A program made the translations under genes and the position numbers. A DNA stretch of 64,000 bases, from the NCBI GenBank assembly GCA_963650485.1, contig CAVJLN010000010.1, forward strand, positions 6,076 to 70,075, given 5' to 3'. Below, piece by piece: positions 51,518-63,465 of this stretch; positions within the stretch are counted from its first letter, which is position 1; each line of letters begins with the position of its first letter. The notes under the pieces are model-generated. The model saw nothing but the letters and a program-made list of their open reading frames with translations, was not told where the DNA came from and did no database searches. Source of the stretch: Bacteroidaceae bacterium (lineage in GTDB: Bacteria; Bacillota; Clostridia; Lachnospirales; Lachnospiraceae).

Positions 51518-52780
51518 TCAGGACATCCCTGTTGTATTTTCCTGATTCTGTCCTTTGAATTCTTCCCTTGCCTCCTTGCGCTCTCTGGACTGTTTCATTC
51601 TCTCCTGCTCCAGGAGCTTATATCTGCGTACCGGCTCCATATCCTCCTCAGTAATATGGCGGAAATTACTTGCTCCGGAATAAAGAATCTGAACGCTCTT
51701 AATGGTTGTATCAAATACGCCCTCTTCATACATATTAAAAATAATAATTCCGATCGGTACGGCAAGCAGCATGCCCCAGACACCGCCCATACGGTATCCG
51801 ATGTACAAAAGGAACAACGTTGGCAGCGGATCCAGCCCTACCGAATCTCCTACGATCTTTGGCTGGATCAGCTGACGGAATAACTGTCCGGCTCCCCAGA
51901 TAATCAGAAGCCCGATCACCATACCGTATTCTCCGTTCAGAAACTTGATGATTGCCCACGGCACCAGTACCGTCCCCGTTCCAAAGAAAGGAAGCAGATC
52001 AAGAAAGGCCACTCCGATTGCAATGATAAATGCATACCGCACGTGAAGAAGCCAGAAGCCGATTCCTAGCAGAATATACATCCAGACCTCGATCTTTAGC
52101 TGTGCTTTAAAATAACCTCCTACTGCACGCTTTAGTCCGCGTTTGATCATAGCGATACGATCCTGAAGGGTCAATGGAAGTATTTTTCCCCAGATATGAC
52201 GCATATAATCCGGCTCAGCCACAAAGAAGTAGGCGGATAAAAGGCTCATAATAATTCCAATGATGATAAGCGGCAGATTCTTGGCAAAATTGCCTACAGC
52301 CGCAATCGTCGGTGTGCCAAGTGTACCTGCCCAGTCACCCCAGAGTGTCTGGAATTTCACAAGAAATCCATCCAGATTCTCCTGCCAGTTCTTTGGCAGA
52401 TCCGGATACATTAGCATCAGCTTTTCCCCGATATTCTGCAGATCCTCCTGGGTATTCGCCCACATTTCCGGTAATTCATTTACAAAGGAAATCAACTGCT
52501 CCACAAGCCAGGTAATCAGAAAATAACCGCCGCTCACGACAAGCGCCAGAACGGCAATAATCACAACCACAGAGCCCATTTTCCGCCGCACCTTAAGCTT
52601 TGTTTCAAAAAAACGTACCATCGGATTGGCAATCAGCGAAATGATCCAGCCGATCACGAACGGCATAAAATACATAATAATCCTTGGCAGTACCAAAAAG
52701 CAGCAAAGAATCAGCAATGCCATAATGACTAAATTGACAACAACTTTAACATAGGTTATTCCAGTTCCCTTTTTCTCCAT
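51518..52780 (-). CDS. ytvI: Sporulation integral membrane protein YtvI (AI-2E family)
   Basis: DLLPFFGTGTVLVPW, RQLIQPKIVGDSVGLDPL. Confidence 0.8.
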   Translation of the reverse strand: MEKKGTGITYVKVVVNLVIMALLILCCFLVLPRIIMYFMPFVIGWIISLIANPMVRFFETKLKVRRKMGSVVVIIAVLALVVSGGYFLITWLVEQLISFVNELPEMWANTQEDLQNIGEKLMLMYPDLPKNWQENLDGFLVKFQTLWGDWAGTLGTPTIAAVGNFAKNLPLIIIGIIMSLLSAYFFVAEPDYMRHIWGKILPLTLQDRIAMIKRGLKRAVGGYFKAQLKIEVWMYILLGIGFWLLHVRYAFIIAIGVAFLDLLPFFGTGTVLVPWAIIKFLNGEYGMVIGLLIIWGAGQLFRQLIQPKIVGDSVGLDPLPTLFLLYIGYRMGGVWGMLLAVPIGIIIFNMYEEGVFDTTIKSVQILYSGASNFRHITEEDMEPVRRYKLLEQERMKQSRERKEAREEFKGQNQENTTGMS

Positions 52781-52813
52781 GAAAAACGCCTCTTTTCCTC
52801 TGGCTTCTGCCCT

Positions 52814-53398
52814 TTATACCAGATAGCTGTCTAAAAGATCATAAATCTCTTCTCTCCCCTGTTTGGTCTGTGCAGAATAAGGAATCACGATTGTTCCCTT
52901 GACTACCTGCAGACCCTCTTTGATCATCTTCACATGCTTCTGAACCTGGCTCCTATTAATCTTATCCAGCTTCGTTGCAATAATGATCGGCTCATAGCCC
53001 TGATTGCAGATCCATTCGTACATCATCTTATCATTTCCGGAAGGCTCATGGCGGATATCAATCAGCAGGAATACCGCCTTTAACTGTCTGGAGTTGTGCA
53101 GATAATTCTCAATCATCTTTCCCCATTTGGCCTTTTCCTGTTCGCTGACCTTGGCATAGCCATACCCCGGAAGGTCGACGAAATACATGGCATCATTGAT
53201 ATTATAGAAATTAATGGTCTGTGTTTTGCCCGGCTGTGCACTGGTTCTCGCAAGAGACTTACGGTTCATCAATCCATTAATGAGAGAGGACTTCCCTACA
53301 TTACTTTTGCCGGCAAACGCAAACTCCATATATGGATTGTCCGGAATCTTACTGGTAATTCCACAGACCGTTTCCAGACTTACATTTTTAATAACCAT
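52814..53398 (-). CDS. engB: Ribosome biogenesis GTPase YihA/YsxC/EngB
   Basis: GKSNVGKSS, PGKT, DLPGYG, TKLDK. Confidence 0.95.
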   Translation of the reverse strand: MVIKNVSLETVCGITSKIPDNPYMEFAFAGKSNVGKSSLINGLMNRKSLARTSAQPGKTQTINFYNINDAMYFVDLPGYGYAKVSEQEKAKWGKMIENYLHNSRQLKAVFLLIDIRHEPSGNDKMMYEWICNQGYEPIIIATKLDKINRSQVQKHVKMIKEGLQVVKGTIVIPYSAQTKQGREEIYDLLDSYLV

Positions 53399-53478
53399 GC
53401 TGCAACCTCACGTTCTGAATGAGCATCCGGATTATCCAGAATACTTTCGTTATCATTACTAATATTTTATATATTTTA

Positions 53479-55812
53479 TTACTCCGTCACAAGTGCTTTT
53501 TTCAATACGTCCTTCATCGTTTTGACATAAGTAATGGTAATTCCGTCACGGATCTCTTCCGGAATTTCTTCCACATCCTTCTTATTTTCCGCAGGGACAA
53601 GCACTTCCCTGATACCTGCCATCTTGGCTGCCAGAATCTTTTCCTTCAAACCGCCGATGGGAAGTACATTTCCCCGAAGGGTAATCTCTCCGGTCATGGC
53701 AAGGTCACAGCGCACGGGCTTCCCGGTCACTGCAGAAAAAATGGCCGTTGCCATCGTGATTCCCGCTGATGGCCCATCCTTCGGAACGGCTCCCTCCGGA
53801 ATATGGATATGGAAATCATTTTCCTTAAACATGGACGGATCAATCTTATGCTCCTTACCGATGGAGCGGACATAACTCATACCGATGATGGCCGATTCCT
53901 TCATCACATCGCCCATCTGTCCGGTCAGATCAATGTCTCCCTTTCCGGGCATGACATTCACCTCGATCTGTAGGGTGTCTCCGCCAACACTCGTCCAGGC
54001 AAGTCCGCGCACAATGCCGACCTCCGGCTTTTTATTGGCAAGCTCCGTTGTGTATTTCCGCTTTCCAAGATACTTCTCAATATTGGAAGCAGTCACTTTG
54101 ATCTTCGCCTCTTCCCTGCCCTCTTCACGGCATTCCAGAATTTCCTTTGCCGCCTTACGGCAGATGTCCCCGATCTTACGCTCCAGCTCACGGACACCGG
54201 CTTCTCTCGTATAGGAAGAAATGATCGCTTTCAAAGCACTGTCCGAAACAGACAGCCACTTTCCGGTGATCCCGTTCTTTTCCATCTGTTTGTGCAGCAG
54301 GTGTTCCTTCGCAATATGGAACTTCTCGTTCTCCGTATAGCTGTTTACTTCGATCAGCTCCATACGGTCGAGCAGGGGACGTGGAATATTCTGCGTGGAA
54401 TTCGCTGTTGCTATAAACAGCACCTCCGAAAGATCCAGTGGGATTTCCACATAATGATCCCGGAATCGCACGTTCTGTTCTCCATCCAGTACCTCCAGCA
54501 ATGCAGAAAAGGTGTCTCCCTTATAATCATTGCTGACTTTATCAATTTCGTCAAGCAGCATGAGCGGATTCTTCACTCCTGCCTGCCGTAAACCTGTCGC
54601 AATTCTTCCCGGCATCGCACCGACATAGGTTTTCCGGTGTCCACGGATCTCTGCTTCATCCCGGACACCTCCGAGGCAGATCCGTATGTATTTCTTATTC
54701 AAGGCTCTGGCAACGCTGCGCGCAATCGAGGTTTTACCGGTTCCCGGAGGTCCTACCAGACAAAGAATCGGGCTCTCCCCCTTATTTGTGAGACACCGTA
54801 CCGCCAGAAATTCCAGAATACGCTCCTTTACCTGTGTCAGACCATAGTGCTCCTTTTCCAGAATCTCCTTTGCCTCTTTGATGCTTTCGTTATCGACCGA
54901 AGCTTTGTCCCATGGAAGCTCTAACAGGGTTTCAATGTATCCACGCTCCACCGCACTTTCTGAGCTGTTCCCGGACAGACTCTTAAACCGGGAGATTTCT
55001 TTCCGGATCTTCTCCTTTACTTCAGGCTTGGCCTGCAGCTCCTTTAACTTCTCTTCAAACTGCTCACTGTCCGAAAAAGAATTCTCCTCACCCAATTCTT
55101 CCCGGATGTAGTGAAGCTGTTCCCGTAACAGATATTCCTTCTGGTTCTTCTCTACCTTACCTTTTAATTTTTGTGCCAGATCATTCCGGATTTTTGCAAT
55201 CTGGATTTCATTCACTAAGATAGTACAAACCGTCTCAAAACGTTCCTTTAAGTTAAAAGCCTCCAGCACCTGCTGTTTCTTCTCAAATTCTACCGGAAGA
55301 TTCATGGTAATCTGATCCAGCAGACTTCCCAGATCCTCCATGGACTGATACCGCTGTACGACATTCTTATCAAGCCTGGGATGAAGGGAAACGAACTCGG
55401 CAATAGTTTCCTTAAGCTGCCGGAGCATGGCTTCCTCCTCTGCAGTCGATAATTCCTCGATTGGAAGCTCCTCCTGCGGAACAATGCTTCCTTCCAGAAA
55501 GGCTTCATTCTCTTCCTGAATTGCGGTCAGCATCGCCCGTTTCACGCCACCCACGAGAATCCGCAGCATCTGATTCGGAAGCTTCGTGACCTGCCGCACT
55601 GAAGCAACCGTTCCTGCCCGATACAAATCTCCGATTCCCGGATCCTGACATTCCGGATCCTTCTGGGATGCAAGAAATACCAGTCCGTCTCCCATCATGG
55701 CATATTCCACGGCATGAATAGACTTTTCTCTTTTTAAATCAAAATGTATAATTGCATCCGGTAACACCGCAAGTCCACGCATGGGAATTACCGGGATATG
55801 TTCTTTATTCAT
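53479..55812 (-). CDS. lon: Lon protease
   Basis: [30 protein letters not shown]. Confidence 0.97.
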   Translation of the reverse strand: MNKEHIPVIPMRGLAVLPDAIIHFDLKREKSIHAVEYAMMGDGLVFLASQKDPECQDPGIGDLYRAGTVASVRQVTKLPNQMLRILVGGVKRAMLTAIQEENEAFLEGSIVPQEELPIEELSTAEEEAMLRQLKETIAEFVSLHPRLDKNVVQRYQSMEDLGSLLDQITMNLPVEFEKKQQVLEAFNLKERFETVCTILVNEIQIAKIRNDLAQKLKGKVEKNQKEYLLREQLHYIREELGEENSFSDSEQFEEKLKELQAKPEVKEKIRKEISRFKSLSGNSSESAVERGYIETLLELPWDKASVDNESIKEAKEILEKEHYGLTQVKERILEFLAVRCLTNKGESPILCLVGPPGTGKTSIARSVARALNKKYIRICLGGVRDEAEIRGHRKTYVGAMPGRIATGLRQAGVKNPLMLLDEIDKVSNDYKGDTFSALLEVLDGEQNVRFRDHYVEIPLDLSEVLFIATANSTQNIPRPLLDRMELIEVNSYTENEKFHIAKEHLLHKQMEKNGITGKWLSVSDSALKAIISSYTREAGVRELERKIGDICRKAAKEILECREEGREEAKIKVTASNIEKYLGKRKYTTELANKKPEVGIVRGLAWTSVGGDTLQIEVNVMPGKGDIDLTGQMGDVMKESAIIGMSYVRSIGKEHKIDPSMFKENDFHIHIPEGAVPKDGPSAGITMATAIFSAVTGKPVRCDLAMTGEITLRGNVLPIGGLKEKILAAKMAGIREVLVPAENKKDVEEIPEEIRDGITITYVKTMKDVLKKALVTE

Positions 55813-55904
55813 GTACAACTCCGTAAAATTAATGATAGTTAATGGTAACTCTTCATAGTTGTGATATAAATATGACGAACACGCAAAAGCGTGTCCGTCA
55901 TGCT

Positions 55905-57173
55905 TTAGTTTGCTTTAGGCATCAATTCTCTGCGGTAAATCAGCGGTTCACTCTCGCCCTCTACCGCATCTTTGGTGATCACGCATTTTTCAATCGTACG
56001 ATCCGATGGAATTTCAAACATGACATTCATCATCGCCTTTTCCATAATGGAACGTAATCCTCTTGCTCCGGTCTTTCTTTCAAAAGCCTGTTCTGCAATG
56101 GCATCCACTGCATCTTTTTCAAACACAAGATTTACATGGTCGAATCCAAATAATTTCTGATACTGTTTAATTAACGCATTCTTCGGTTCGGTAAGAATAC
56201 GGATCAGCGCTTTCTTATCAAGACCTTTCAGTGACACATTGATCGGCACACGTCCGACAAACTCCGGAATTAATCCGAATTTCACAAGATCCTGCGGTAT
56301 TACTTCCGCAAGAAGCTCGCTGACTTCTTTACTGTTTCTGCTTACGATCTCTGCATCAAATCCGATGGAATTGCGGTTCAGACGATCTTCCACAATCTTC
56401 TCAAGACCATCAAACGCTCCACCGCAGATAAACAGGATGTTGGAAGTATCGATCTGCAAAAGCTCCTGATGGGGGTGCTTGCGTCCACCCTGGGGCGGAA
56501 CACTCGCTACCGTTCCCTCAATGATCTTAAGCAGTGCCTGCTGTACTCCTTCTCCGGAAACATCACGGGTAATGGAGACATTCTCGCTCTTCTTCGTGAT
56601 CTTATCAATTTCATCGATATAAATGATTCCATACTGTGCACGGTCGATATCATAATCCGCTGCCTGAATCAGCTTAAGGAGAATGTTCTCGACATCCTCA
56701 CCCACATAACCGGCTTCGGTCAAGGTCGTTGCATCTGCAATTGCAAACGGAACATTAATGATCTTCGCCAGTGTCTGTGCCAGATAAGTTTTACCGGAAC
56801 CGGTAGGTCCGATCATAATGATATTACTCTTCTGAAGTTCAACACCATCCTCGTCCTTCGGTGCTGTCACACGCTTGTAGTGATTATAAACAGCAACGGA
56901 AAGAACCTTCTTCGCTTCATCCTGCCCGATGACATAATCATCCAAGAAGTCCTTGATTTCCACAGGCTTTAACAGATTGATTTCCAATTCCGTCTCTTCT
57001 TCTGCAAAGGCCTCTGCATCCTCTTCGAACTCTTCCTCAACGATATCCGCGCAGATCTCCACGCAATGGTCACAAATATATACTCCCGAAGGACCGGCGA
57101 TCATTTTGCGCACCTGATCCTGTGTTTTATTACAAAAAGAACATCTGATTTCGTCAGAATTCCTTCCTGCCAT
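55905..57173 (-). CDS. clpX: ClpX ATPase
   Basis: CSFC/CxxC zinc domain, [29 protein letters not shown] loop. Confidence 0.98.
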   Translation of the reverse strand: MAGRNSDEIRCSFCNKTQDQVRKMIAGPSGVYICDHCVEICADIVEEEFEEDAEAFAEEETELEINLLKPVEIKDFLDDYVIGQDEAKKVLSVAVYNHYKRVTAPKDEDGVELQKSNIIMIGPTGSGKTYLAQTLAKIINVPFAIADATTLTEAGYVGEDVENILLKLIQAADYDIDRAQYGIIYIDEIDKITKKSENVSITRDVSGEGVQQALLKIIEGTVASVPPQGGRKHPHQELLQIDTSNILFICGGAFDGLEKIVEDRLNRNSIGFDAEIVSRNSKEVSELLAEVIPQDLVKFGLIPEFVGRVPINVSLKGLDKKALIRILTEPKNALIKQYQKLFGFDHVNLVFEKDAVDAIAEQAFERKTGARGLRSIMEKAMMNVMFEIPSDRTIEKCVITKDAVEGESEPLIYRRELMPKAN

Positions 57174-57204
57174 ATGACTTTACCTCTACTTTAAACTATT
57201 GTGA

Positions 57205-57795
57205 CTACGCCTCTGAACGCTTATAAATCACACGGTCAATCAGTCCATATTCCTTCGCTTCTTCTGCGGACATCCAGTTGTCACGATCCGTATCTGCTGC
57301 GATGATGGAGATATCCTTGCCGGTGTTTTCCGCAAGCATTCTGTTCAGCTTTTCTTTGGTCTGTAAAATATGCTTAGCAGCAATTTCAATCTCGGTAGCC
57401 TGTCCCTGTGCGCCGCCCAAAGGCTGATGGATCATGATTTCCGCATTGGGAAGTGCCAGTCTCTTGCCCTTCGTACCGCCTGCCAAAAGGAATGCGCCCA
57501 TGCTGGCTGCCATACCCATACAGAAGGTAGATACATCACATTTTACATACTGCATGGTATCATAAATTGCCATACCAGCCGTCACACTGCCGCCAGGGCT
57601 GTTGATATAAAGCTGGATATCCTTCTCCGGATCCTCAGCTTCCAGAAACAACATCTGTGCTACAACAAGACTTGCGGTTGTTTCATTTACTTCCTCACCC
57701 AAAAAGATAATTCTTTCTTTTAAAAGTCTTGAATAGATGTCATAGGAGCGTTCCCCTCTGCTTGTCTGTTCAATGACATAAGGTACTAAACTCAT
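57205..57795 (-). CDS. clpP: ClpP protease
   Basis: [29 protein letters not shown]. Confidence 0.98.
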   Translation of the reverse strand: MSLVPYVIEQTSRGERSYDIYSRLLKERIIFLGEEVNETTASLVVAQMLFLEAEDPEKDIQLYINSPGGSVTAGMAIYDTMQYVKCDVSTFCMGMAASMGAFLLAGGTKGKRLALPNAEIMIHQPLGGAQGQATEIEIAAKHILQTKEKLNRMLAENTGKDISIIAADTDRDNWMSAEEAKEYGLIDRVIYKRSEA

Positions 57796-57811
57796 TCTTT
57801 AACCTCTTTTC

Positions 57812-59098
57812 TTATTTTGCCTTGGCATTGTTTACAACGAACTCTGCTGCCTTCTTAACAGCGATGTCTTCCTTGATGCCCTTAACACTCTTTTCAGGAA
57901 GCATTTCCTTAATCTTGTCAGGCTCCATCTGGTAAACTTCTGCCATTGTCTTGATTTCTTCTTCGTAATCTTCTTCGGTTGCTTCAATGCCTTCCTTAGC
58001 TGCAACTGCTTCCAATACAAGTCTGGACTTGATTCTGGTTTCTGCCTGAGGCTTAACCTGTTCCATCATCTTGTCAAGTGTAGCGCCTGTAAACTGGAAG
58101 TACTGCTCCATGGATAATCCCTGCATCTGCATTCTCTGTGCAAATTCATCGATCATCTGCTTCTGCTGGGTAGTAACCATAGCTTCCGGAATATCCATAT
58201 CGGAATCTGCAATGATTGCATCAATGACTGCTGCTTCCTTAGCTTCTCTTGCTGCCTTTTCCCTCTCGATGGTTAAGGTTTCCTTAACATCCTTCTTGTA
58301 TTCCTCTAAGGTATCAAATTCGGAAACTTCGCTTGCAAATTCATCATCCAGTGCAGGAAGTTCCTTTTCCTTGATTTCTTTAATGGTACATTTGAATATG
58401 GCTGCCTTGCCCTTTAATTCTTCTGCCTGATAATCTTCCGGGAAAGTCACGTTTACTTCGACTTCCTTGCCGATTTCAGCGCCAACAAGCTGCTCTTCAA
58501 ATCCGGGGATAAATGCGCCGGATCCGATGGTTAACGGATAATTCTCGCCCTTACCACCGTCAAAAGCAACACCATCTACAAATCCTTCAAAATCAAGAAC
58601 GGTCATATCGCCATCCTTAACCGGTCTGTCGGTTACTTCGATGGTTCTTGCATTGTTTTCTCTTTCCTTCTCGATCTTTGCATCGACTTCTTCATCGGTA
58701 ACGGTAACTTCGGTAGTTTCTACCTTGACACCCTTATACTTGCCAAGCTTTACTTCTGGCTTTAATGCAACTGTTGCAGTAAAGATGAAGGACTTGCCCT
58801 TCTCGATCTGGGTAACATCAATTTCAGGAGAAGAAACGATATCCTCTTCACATTCATCAAGTGCCTTGCTGTATGCATCAGGAATTAATGCATTGGCAGC
58901 ATCTTCATAGAAGATTTCCGGACCATACATCTTCTCAACCATCTGGCGCGGTACTTTTCCCTTACGAAAACCAGGTATACTGATTTTATTCTTATTTTTA
59001 AGGAAAGCATCCTCCAATGCCTTCTCAAATTCTGCTGCTGAAACTTCAATTGTAAGCTTCGCCATGTTCTTTTCTAATTTCTCTACCTGTACGCTCAT
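57812..59098 (-). CDS. tig: Trigger factor
   Basis: GFRKGKVP, FIPGFEEQLVG, FPEDY. Confidence 0.97.
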   Translation of the reverse strand: MSVQVEKLEKNMAKLTIEVSAAEFEKALEDAFLKNKNKISIPGFRKGKVPRQMVEKMYGPEIFYEDAANALIPDAYSKALDECEEDIVSSPEIDVTQIEKGKSFIFTATVALKPEVKLGKYKGVKVETTEVTVTDEEVDAKIEKERENNARTIEVTDRPVKDGDMTVLDFEGFVDGVAFDGGKGENYPLTIGSGAFIPGFEEQLVGAEIGKEVEVNVTFPEDYQAEELKGKAAIFKCTIKEIKEKELPALDDEFASEVSEFDTLEEYKKDVKETLTIEREKAAREAKEAAVIDAIIADSDMDIPEAMVTTQQKQMIDEFAQRMQMQGLSMEQYFQFTGATLDKMMEQVKPQAETRIKSRLVLEAVAAKEGIEATEEDYEEEIKTMAEVYQMEPDKIKEMLPEKSVKGIKEDIAVKKAAEFVVNNAKAK

Positions 59099-59358
59099 CT
59101 TGTACAAACCTCCTTAATACGTCCTGTGCATGCTCACAGTCATTGTAGGATTATAGCATAAATGCGCCGATATGACTAGCTATTTTTCTGAATTTGTATT
59201 ATAATCTTTGCGAAATCACCTGCAAAGAGAGTCTGCATGTCATCTCTATCATCTTAAGTACCACTCCTGACAGGATCAGTTCGCTTTCCGGCAAGCTTGG
59301 ACGAATGGAAGGGATCACGGCAAAGGCCATGCAGGCGAATCTATAGGAGGATCTCATT

Positions 59359-59925
59359 ATGAAAATCACAACCAAACAATTAGTGCAGACTGCACTGCTT
59401 CTCACCATCTGTATTGCCAGCCAGTACTTTAAGAACCTGTCCGTGTACATCACCGGACCGATTGTAAATCTCACCATCATTCTGGCTGTTTTGTCTGTCG
59501 GATTATGGAGTGGCTTACTGTTAAGCATCATTGCCCCAGTAACCGCCTTTTTCTTCACCGGCTCTCCCATTATGGCAGCCATTCCGCTGATGTTTCCCGC
59601 TGTTATGGCAGGAAATGCCGTTCTTGCTGTCACCGTATGGTATTTCCAGGAAAAGACTTCCTTTAAGTGGCGTCTCCCTGCCGGTTTAGTCGCAGGCTCC
59701 GTATTCAAGGCCATTTTCATGGGCGTGGTTATCGTCCTCATTATTCTTCCCATTTTCGGTGATAACATTGCTTTAAAGCTCCCGAAACCGGAAGCCTTAC
59801 CTATGGTTCTCGCCACCGCAAAGGTTACCTTCTCTATCACCCAGCTTACCACCGCCCTGATTGGCAGTGCATTAGCGTATGTGATCTGGCTGCCGTTGAA
59901 GAAGTATTTGAAAGCGGAGAATTAA
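59359..59925 (+). CDS. ECF transporter S component
   Basis: Hydrophobic 188-aa protein, ITGPIVN...G...G...P pattern, GGAGG RBS; the only credible plus-strand gene. Confidence 0.75.
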   Translation: MKITTKQLVQTALLLTICIASQYFKNLSVYITGPIVNLTIILAVLSVGLWSGLLLSIIAPVTAFFFTGSPIMAAIPLMFPAVMAGNAVLAVTVWYFQEKTSFKWRLPAGLVAGSVFKAIFMGVVIVLIILPIFGDNIALKLPKPEALPMVLATAKVTFSITQLTTALIGSALAYVIWLPLKKYLKAEN

Positions 59926-60024
59926 TGGTTAGGAATTAAAGGATTAAAATTAAGGAAATAAAGGTTAAAAGTTAAGATCTGATCATTAAAATTGGAGTTA
60001 TATTCGTTATATTTTAGGATAAGT

Positions 60025-60075
60025 AAAAACGAGTTCCCGGCAGAATACTTGGTGTGTTCTGCCGGGAGCTTTTTA
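60025..60075. terminator. Bidirectional intrinsic terminator between the ECF-S gene and hsdR
   Basis: AGTTCCCGGCAGAATAC/GTGTTCTGCCGGGAGCT stem flanked by A and T tracts. Confidence 0.8.
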
Positions 60076-63000
60076 TTATGCCGCAGCATTGGCATTTATC
60101 GTTTCTATAACTTTTCTAATACCCATCCATATGCTCATATCGGTAAAAATCTCAACAATACTTCCCTGATCTGTAAATGGTGATTCCTGAAGAACAGAAA
60201 AATCCTTCAGCATTCCGTTATGGACAATATATTCCACAATTTGATTCACAAAATATATCTGTCTGCTGTCAAGACTTGTACTTGTTAAATACTCCGAAAA
60301 AGCTTCTTTCGCAGCATTCATATCAAGTCCGACAATTTCACGAACCAGTTCCCCTAAAGGTTTTTGTCCATATTCAAGCTCATAATCCTGTTTAGTGCCA
60401 ATCTCTTTCCAAAGTATCTCTTCAAGGGCAGAGACATCATTGGTAGTAAGCGGCTTATTTGTTTTCAACTTTGCAATCACAAGGTTATCCTGATGTTGTC
60501 TGATATAAAACTCTGCTTTTTCTTTGTAATTCTTTAATTCATCATTTTCAAGTTCCGATTCTTTCCACTCAACAGACAGTAAATCATCTTCAAAATGTGT
60601 ATCATAATGGAGAAACGGCTTAGGAATATACTTCATTAAACCTCGAAGTTTTTCTCTGATTTCCTCAAATTCATCAATACCGGCATGATCAAGGTAATCT
60701 GTATTCAAAATCTTTTGAATTAATTCACTCTGCATCTGAATCTCCGGAATGTTAGCCACACTTGCAATTCCATTCACCTTTTTATAAAGATCATTTCTTG
60801 CCCGCGTATACTTCTTTCCCATAAGACAGGCCAGTTCTATTCCATACATAAGTGCATCAAACCGTACCGCACTTGCATCATCACCATCCGGCAAAATAAG
60901 CGGAGCCACCTCTTCTCTGACAACCAGAATATCCTCGTAGGTAAGTCCCTGATAATTTATCTCCGCGGAATACAAATCTACATATTTCAAATGTTGACGC
61001 ACTGTAAAGTTATCCCTTGGTAATTCCTGCACCTTTTCAGACATCTGTTTTACAAGCAAGCTGCGATACGCAGCCAGTCTGGCAATCTGATAATCCATAT
61101 CCTGCAATTTATAACATATTTCAAGCTTCAAATTAAAGATTGCTCCTTGAAGTGCAATCATATTTGCAGTAGCCTTACCTTTATTCATTCGAAAGAATTC
61201 GAAATTACCACAGAAGTCAAAAATATAGAATTTCTGTTTGTCTTCCCCCTCTATCAATCCCGGACAAAGTCTGGTTCCCCGTCCAATCATCTGCCAGAAT
61301 TTTGCTTTACTCATCACTTTCTTAAAAAATACAAGATTGACAACCTCCGGCACATCAATACCGGTATCCAACATATCCACAGAGATTGCTATTTGTGGTA
61401 GCTTTTTAGGATCTGAAAATTCATCAATTGCACTCTGCGCATAGGTCATGTAATTATCAATGACTTTCGCATAATCCGGAAGATGAGGATATTCTTTATG
61501 GAACACTTCCAATATCTTCTCTGCATGATTATGATTCTTGGCAAAAATAATTGTCTTACCAATCCGCTGACCATAGTCAATTTTAATTCCATCTTTCATA
61601 AGAACATCAAGCACCTGACGTATTGTATCCTCATTAAAAATCCATGTATTGAGTGCTGAAGAATCAATCGTCTCGGGAAGCTCCCCGTTTTCATCTAAGA
61701 ATTTCTCTTCATACTCTTCTTTTTCTTCTTCGGATAAATCATCATAAACAATTCCCTGCTCAATGAATTTCAATTTTGATTCTACGGAAACATAATCAAC
61801 AAGATAACCATCTTTAACTGCCTGAGCCAAATCATATCCATATGTAGGTATACCATTTTGCAATTCAAAAATTTCATAGGTATTCTTATCAATTTCATCC
61901 TTCGGAGTTGCAGTCAGTCCTATCAACGGCGCATCAAAATAAGTAAATATATCGCGATATTTGTTGTAAATGGATCTATGTGCCTCATCGCAGATTACAA
62001 GATCAAAATGGCCACATGTAAACAGCTTCCCAGCACGATCATGAATTGTGTCAATACAATTCATCATGGTCTGGTAGGTAGAAAATACGCAGTGTGCATT
62101 GTAATTGTCCTTTTCCTCACACAAGTTCGTGCAAGACAGATTCGGAAGCATATTTACAAAACTTCTCTTAGCCTGTGTAACCAATGAGTTTCTGTCTGCA
62201 AGGAAAAGGATATTTTTAACCCATCCCGCATCCAGTAAACATTGGCATAACGCAATAACAGTTCTTGTCTTTCCAGAGCCGGTAGCCATGACAAGAAGAG
62301 CTTTTCTCCTGTTCTTTTCATCGAAACTTTGGCATACTGCTTTAATGGCAGCCTCCTGATAATAACGTCCTGCAATCTCTTTGTTTACACTCACATATTT
62401 AAGACTTGTACGCATGGTCCTAAGATTGAACCATTTTTCCAGATCTCTTTTGGAATAAATGACAGCACATTTTCTTTCCGGATACTGTCCATCAATGATA
62501 TGTGTTTCAAATCCATTCGTAAGAAAAATTACCGGTCTTCTTCTATATTTCTGTTCTAACAAATCAGCATAAAGCTTTGCCTGTTGTCTCCCCTTGGAAA
62601 CATCTACGCAGGTCCTCTTGGCTTCTATCAGAGCTAAAGGCTTATGCATATCATCATAAAGGACATAATCTGCATAACCAACTTCAGATTTATTTGGCAT
62701 ACCCGGAAGTTCCACCTCATTTAACCAATCTTTCCCCTCTGTCCAACCTGCATCTATAAGCATAGAATCAATATATAATTTTCTTGTTTTGTATTCCGAT
62801 AAATCAAGAGGCTTCGGAACATACGTCTGCTGTTGCTCCTGTCTCCTGGCAGATAACGCCTCTTTCAGTGAAGCATTTTCAGCAATCAGTTTTTGAAAAT
62901 CAAGTTCCTGTTTTGCTCTCTTTTCCTGTTCTCTAGTAAGTTCTTCCTTCGTCTGCGCTGCAATTTCTTTCGATTGCTTCGCTTTTTCGATTCGGTCACC

Positions 63001-63420
63001 AATGATCTTTTTATTAAATGAATGTTCTTCATACTGATCTGCATAACAATATGCAACAAAATCCAGGTAAATAAAAAGATTTTCAAGACAAAGCATTGCC
63101 TCATCTCTGCCCAGTTTCTTGTTACTATGAGCCACATTGTTTCCACACCTACGGATATAATCCATGCGCTTCCACAAGTCAGGACCAACTATCTGCCTGT
63201 ATTCTTCCGCACTCATCAGGCTTTGCAGATTATCCTGATATGGCATATCCAGTTCTTTATCAACAGAGTACATCCACTTGATAGCAAATTCCATTGCTCT
63301 GCGGCTGTTCATAATACTTGCCTCAGGATCCATAAGAATAATCTTCTCTGCTGATATTGCCACATCAGCAAAGGATGAAAATTTTGATTCATTTTTTAAA
63401 TAATCAAAGTTGGTTATCAT
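60076..63420 (-). CDS. hsdR: Type I restriction enzyme R subunit (EcoAI/EcoKI-like)
   Basis: ADYVL...IEAK nuclease motif, MATGSGKT, DEAH, LTATP, MLDTGIDVP, QMIGRGTR. Confidence 0.93.
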   Translation of the reverse strand: MITNFDYLKNESKFSSFADVAISAEKIILMDPEASIMNSRRAMEFAIKWMYSVDKELDMPYQDNLQSLMSAEEYRQIVGPDLWKRMDYIRRCGNNVAHSNKKLGRDEAMLCLENLFIYLDFVAYCYADQYEEHSFNKKIIGDRIEKAKQSKEIAAQTKEELTREQEKRAKQELDFQKLIAENASLKEALSARRQEQQQTYVPKPLDLSEYKTRKLYIDSMLIDAGWTEGKDWLNEVELPGMPNKSEVGYADYVLYDDMHKPLALIEAKRTCVDVSKGRQQAKLYADLLEQKYRRRPVIFLTNGFETHIIDGQYPERKCAVIYSKRDLEKWFNLRTMRTSLKYVSVNKEIAGRYYQEAAIKAVCQSFDEKNRRKALLVMATGSGKTRTVIALCQCLLDAGWVKNILFLADRNSLVTQAKRSFVNMLPNLSCTNLCEEKDNYNAHCVFSTYQTMMNCIDTIHDRAGKLFTCGHFDLVICDEAHRSIYNKYRDIFTYFDAPLIGLTATPKDEIDKNTYEIFELQNGIPTYGYDLAQAVKDGYLVDYVSVESKLKFIEQGIVYDDLSEEEKEEYEEKFLDENGELPETIDSSALNTWIFNEDTIRQVLDVLMKDGIKIDYGQRIGKTIIFAKNHNHAEKILEVFHKEYPHLPDYAKVIDNYMTYAQSAIDEFSDPKKLPQIAISVDMLDTGIDVPEVVNLVFFKKVMSKAKFWQMIGRGTRLCPGLIEGEDKQKFYIFDFCGNFEFFRMNKGKATANMIALQGAIFNLKLEICYKLQDMDYQIARLAAYRSLLVKQMSEKVQELPRDNFTVRQHLKYVDLYSAEINYQGLTYEDILVVREEVAPLILPDGDDASAVRFDALMYGIELACLMGKKYTRARNDLYKKVNGIASVANIPEIQMQSELIQKILNTDYLDHAGIDEFEEIREKLRGLMKYIPKPFLHYDTHFEDDLLSVEWKESELENDELKNYKEKAEFYIRQHQDNLVIAKLKTNKPLTTNDVSALEEILWKEIGTKQDYELEYGQKPLGELVREIVGLDMNAAKEAFSEYLTSTSLDSRQIYFVNQIVEYIVHNGMLKDFSVLQESPFTDQGSIVEIFTDMSIWMGIRKVIETINANAAA

Positions 63421-63465
63421 AAAGACCTCCCCTGCTAAACTTGGACATTTTATAATAGCTGAATT

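Noticed and set aside
59199..59852. 217-aa minus-strand ORF
   Set aside because: It is antisense to the ECF S gene, which has an RBS and a coherent membrane-protein pattern.
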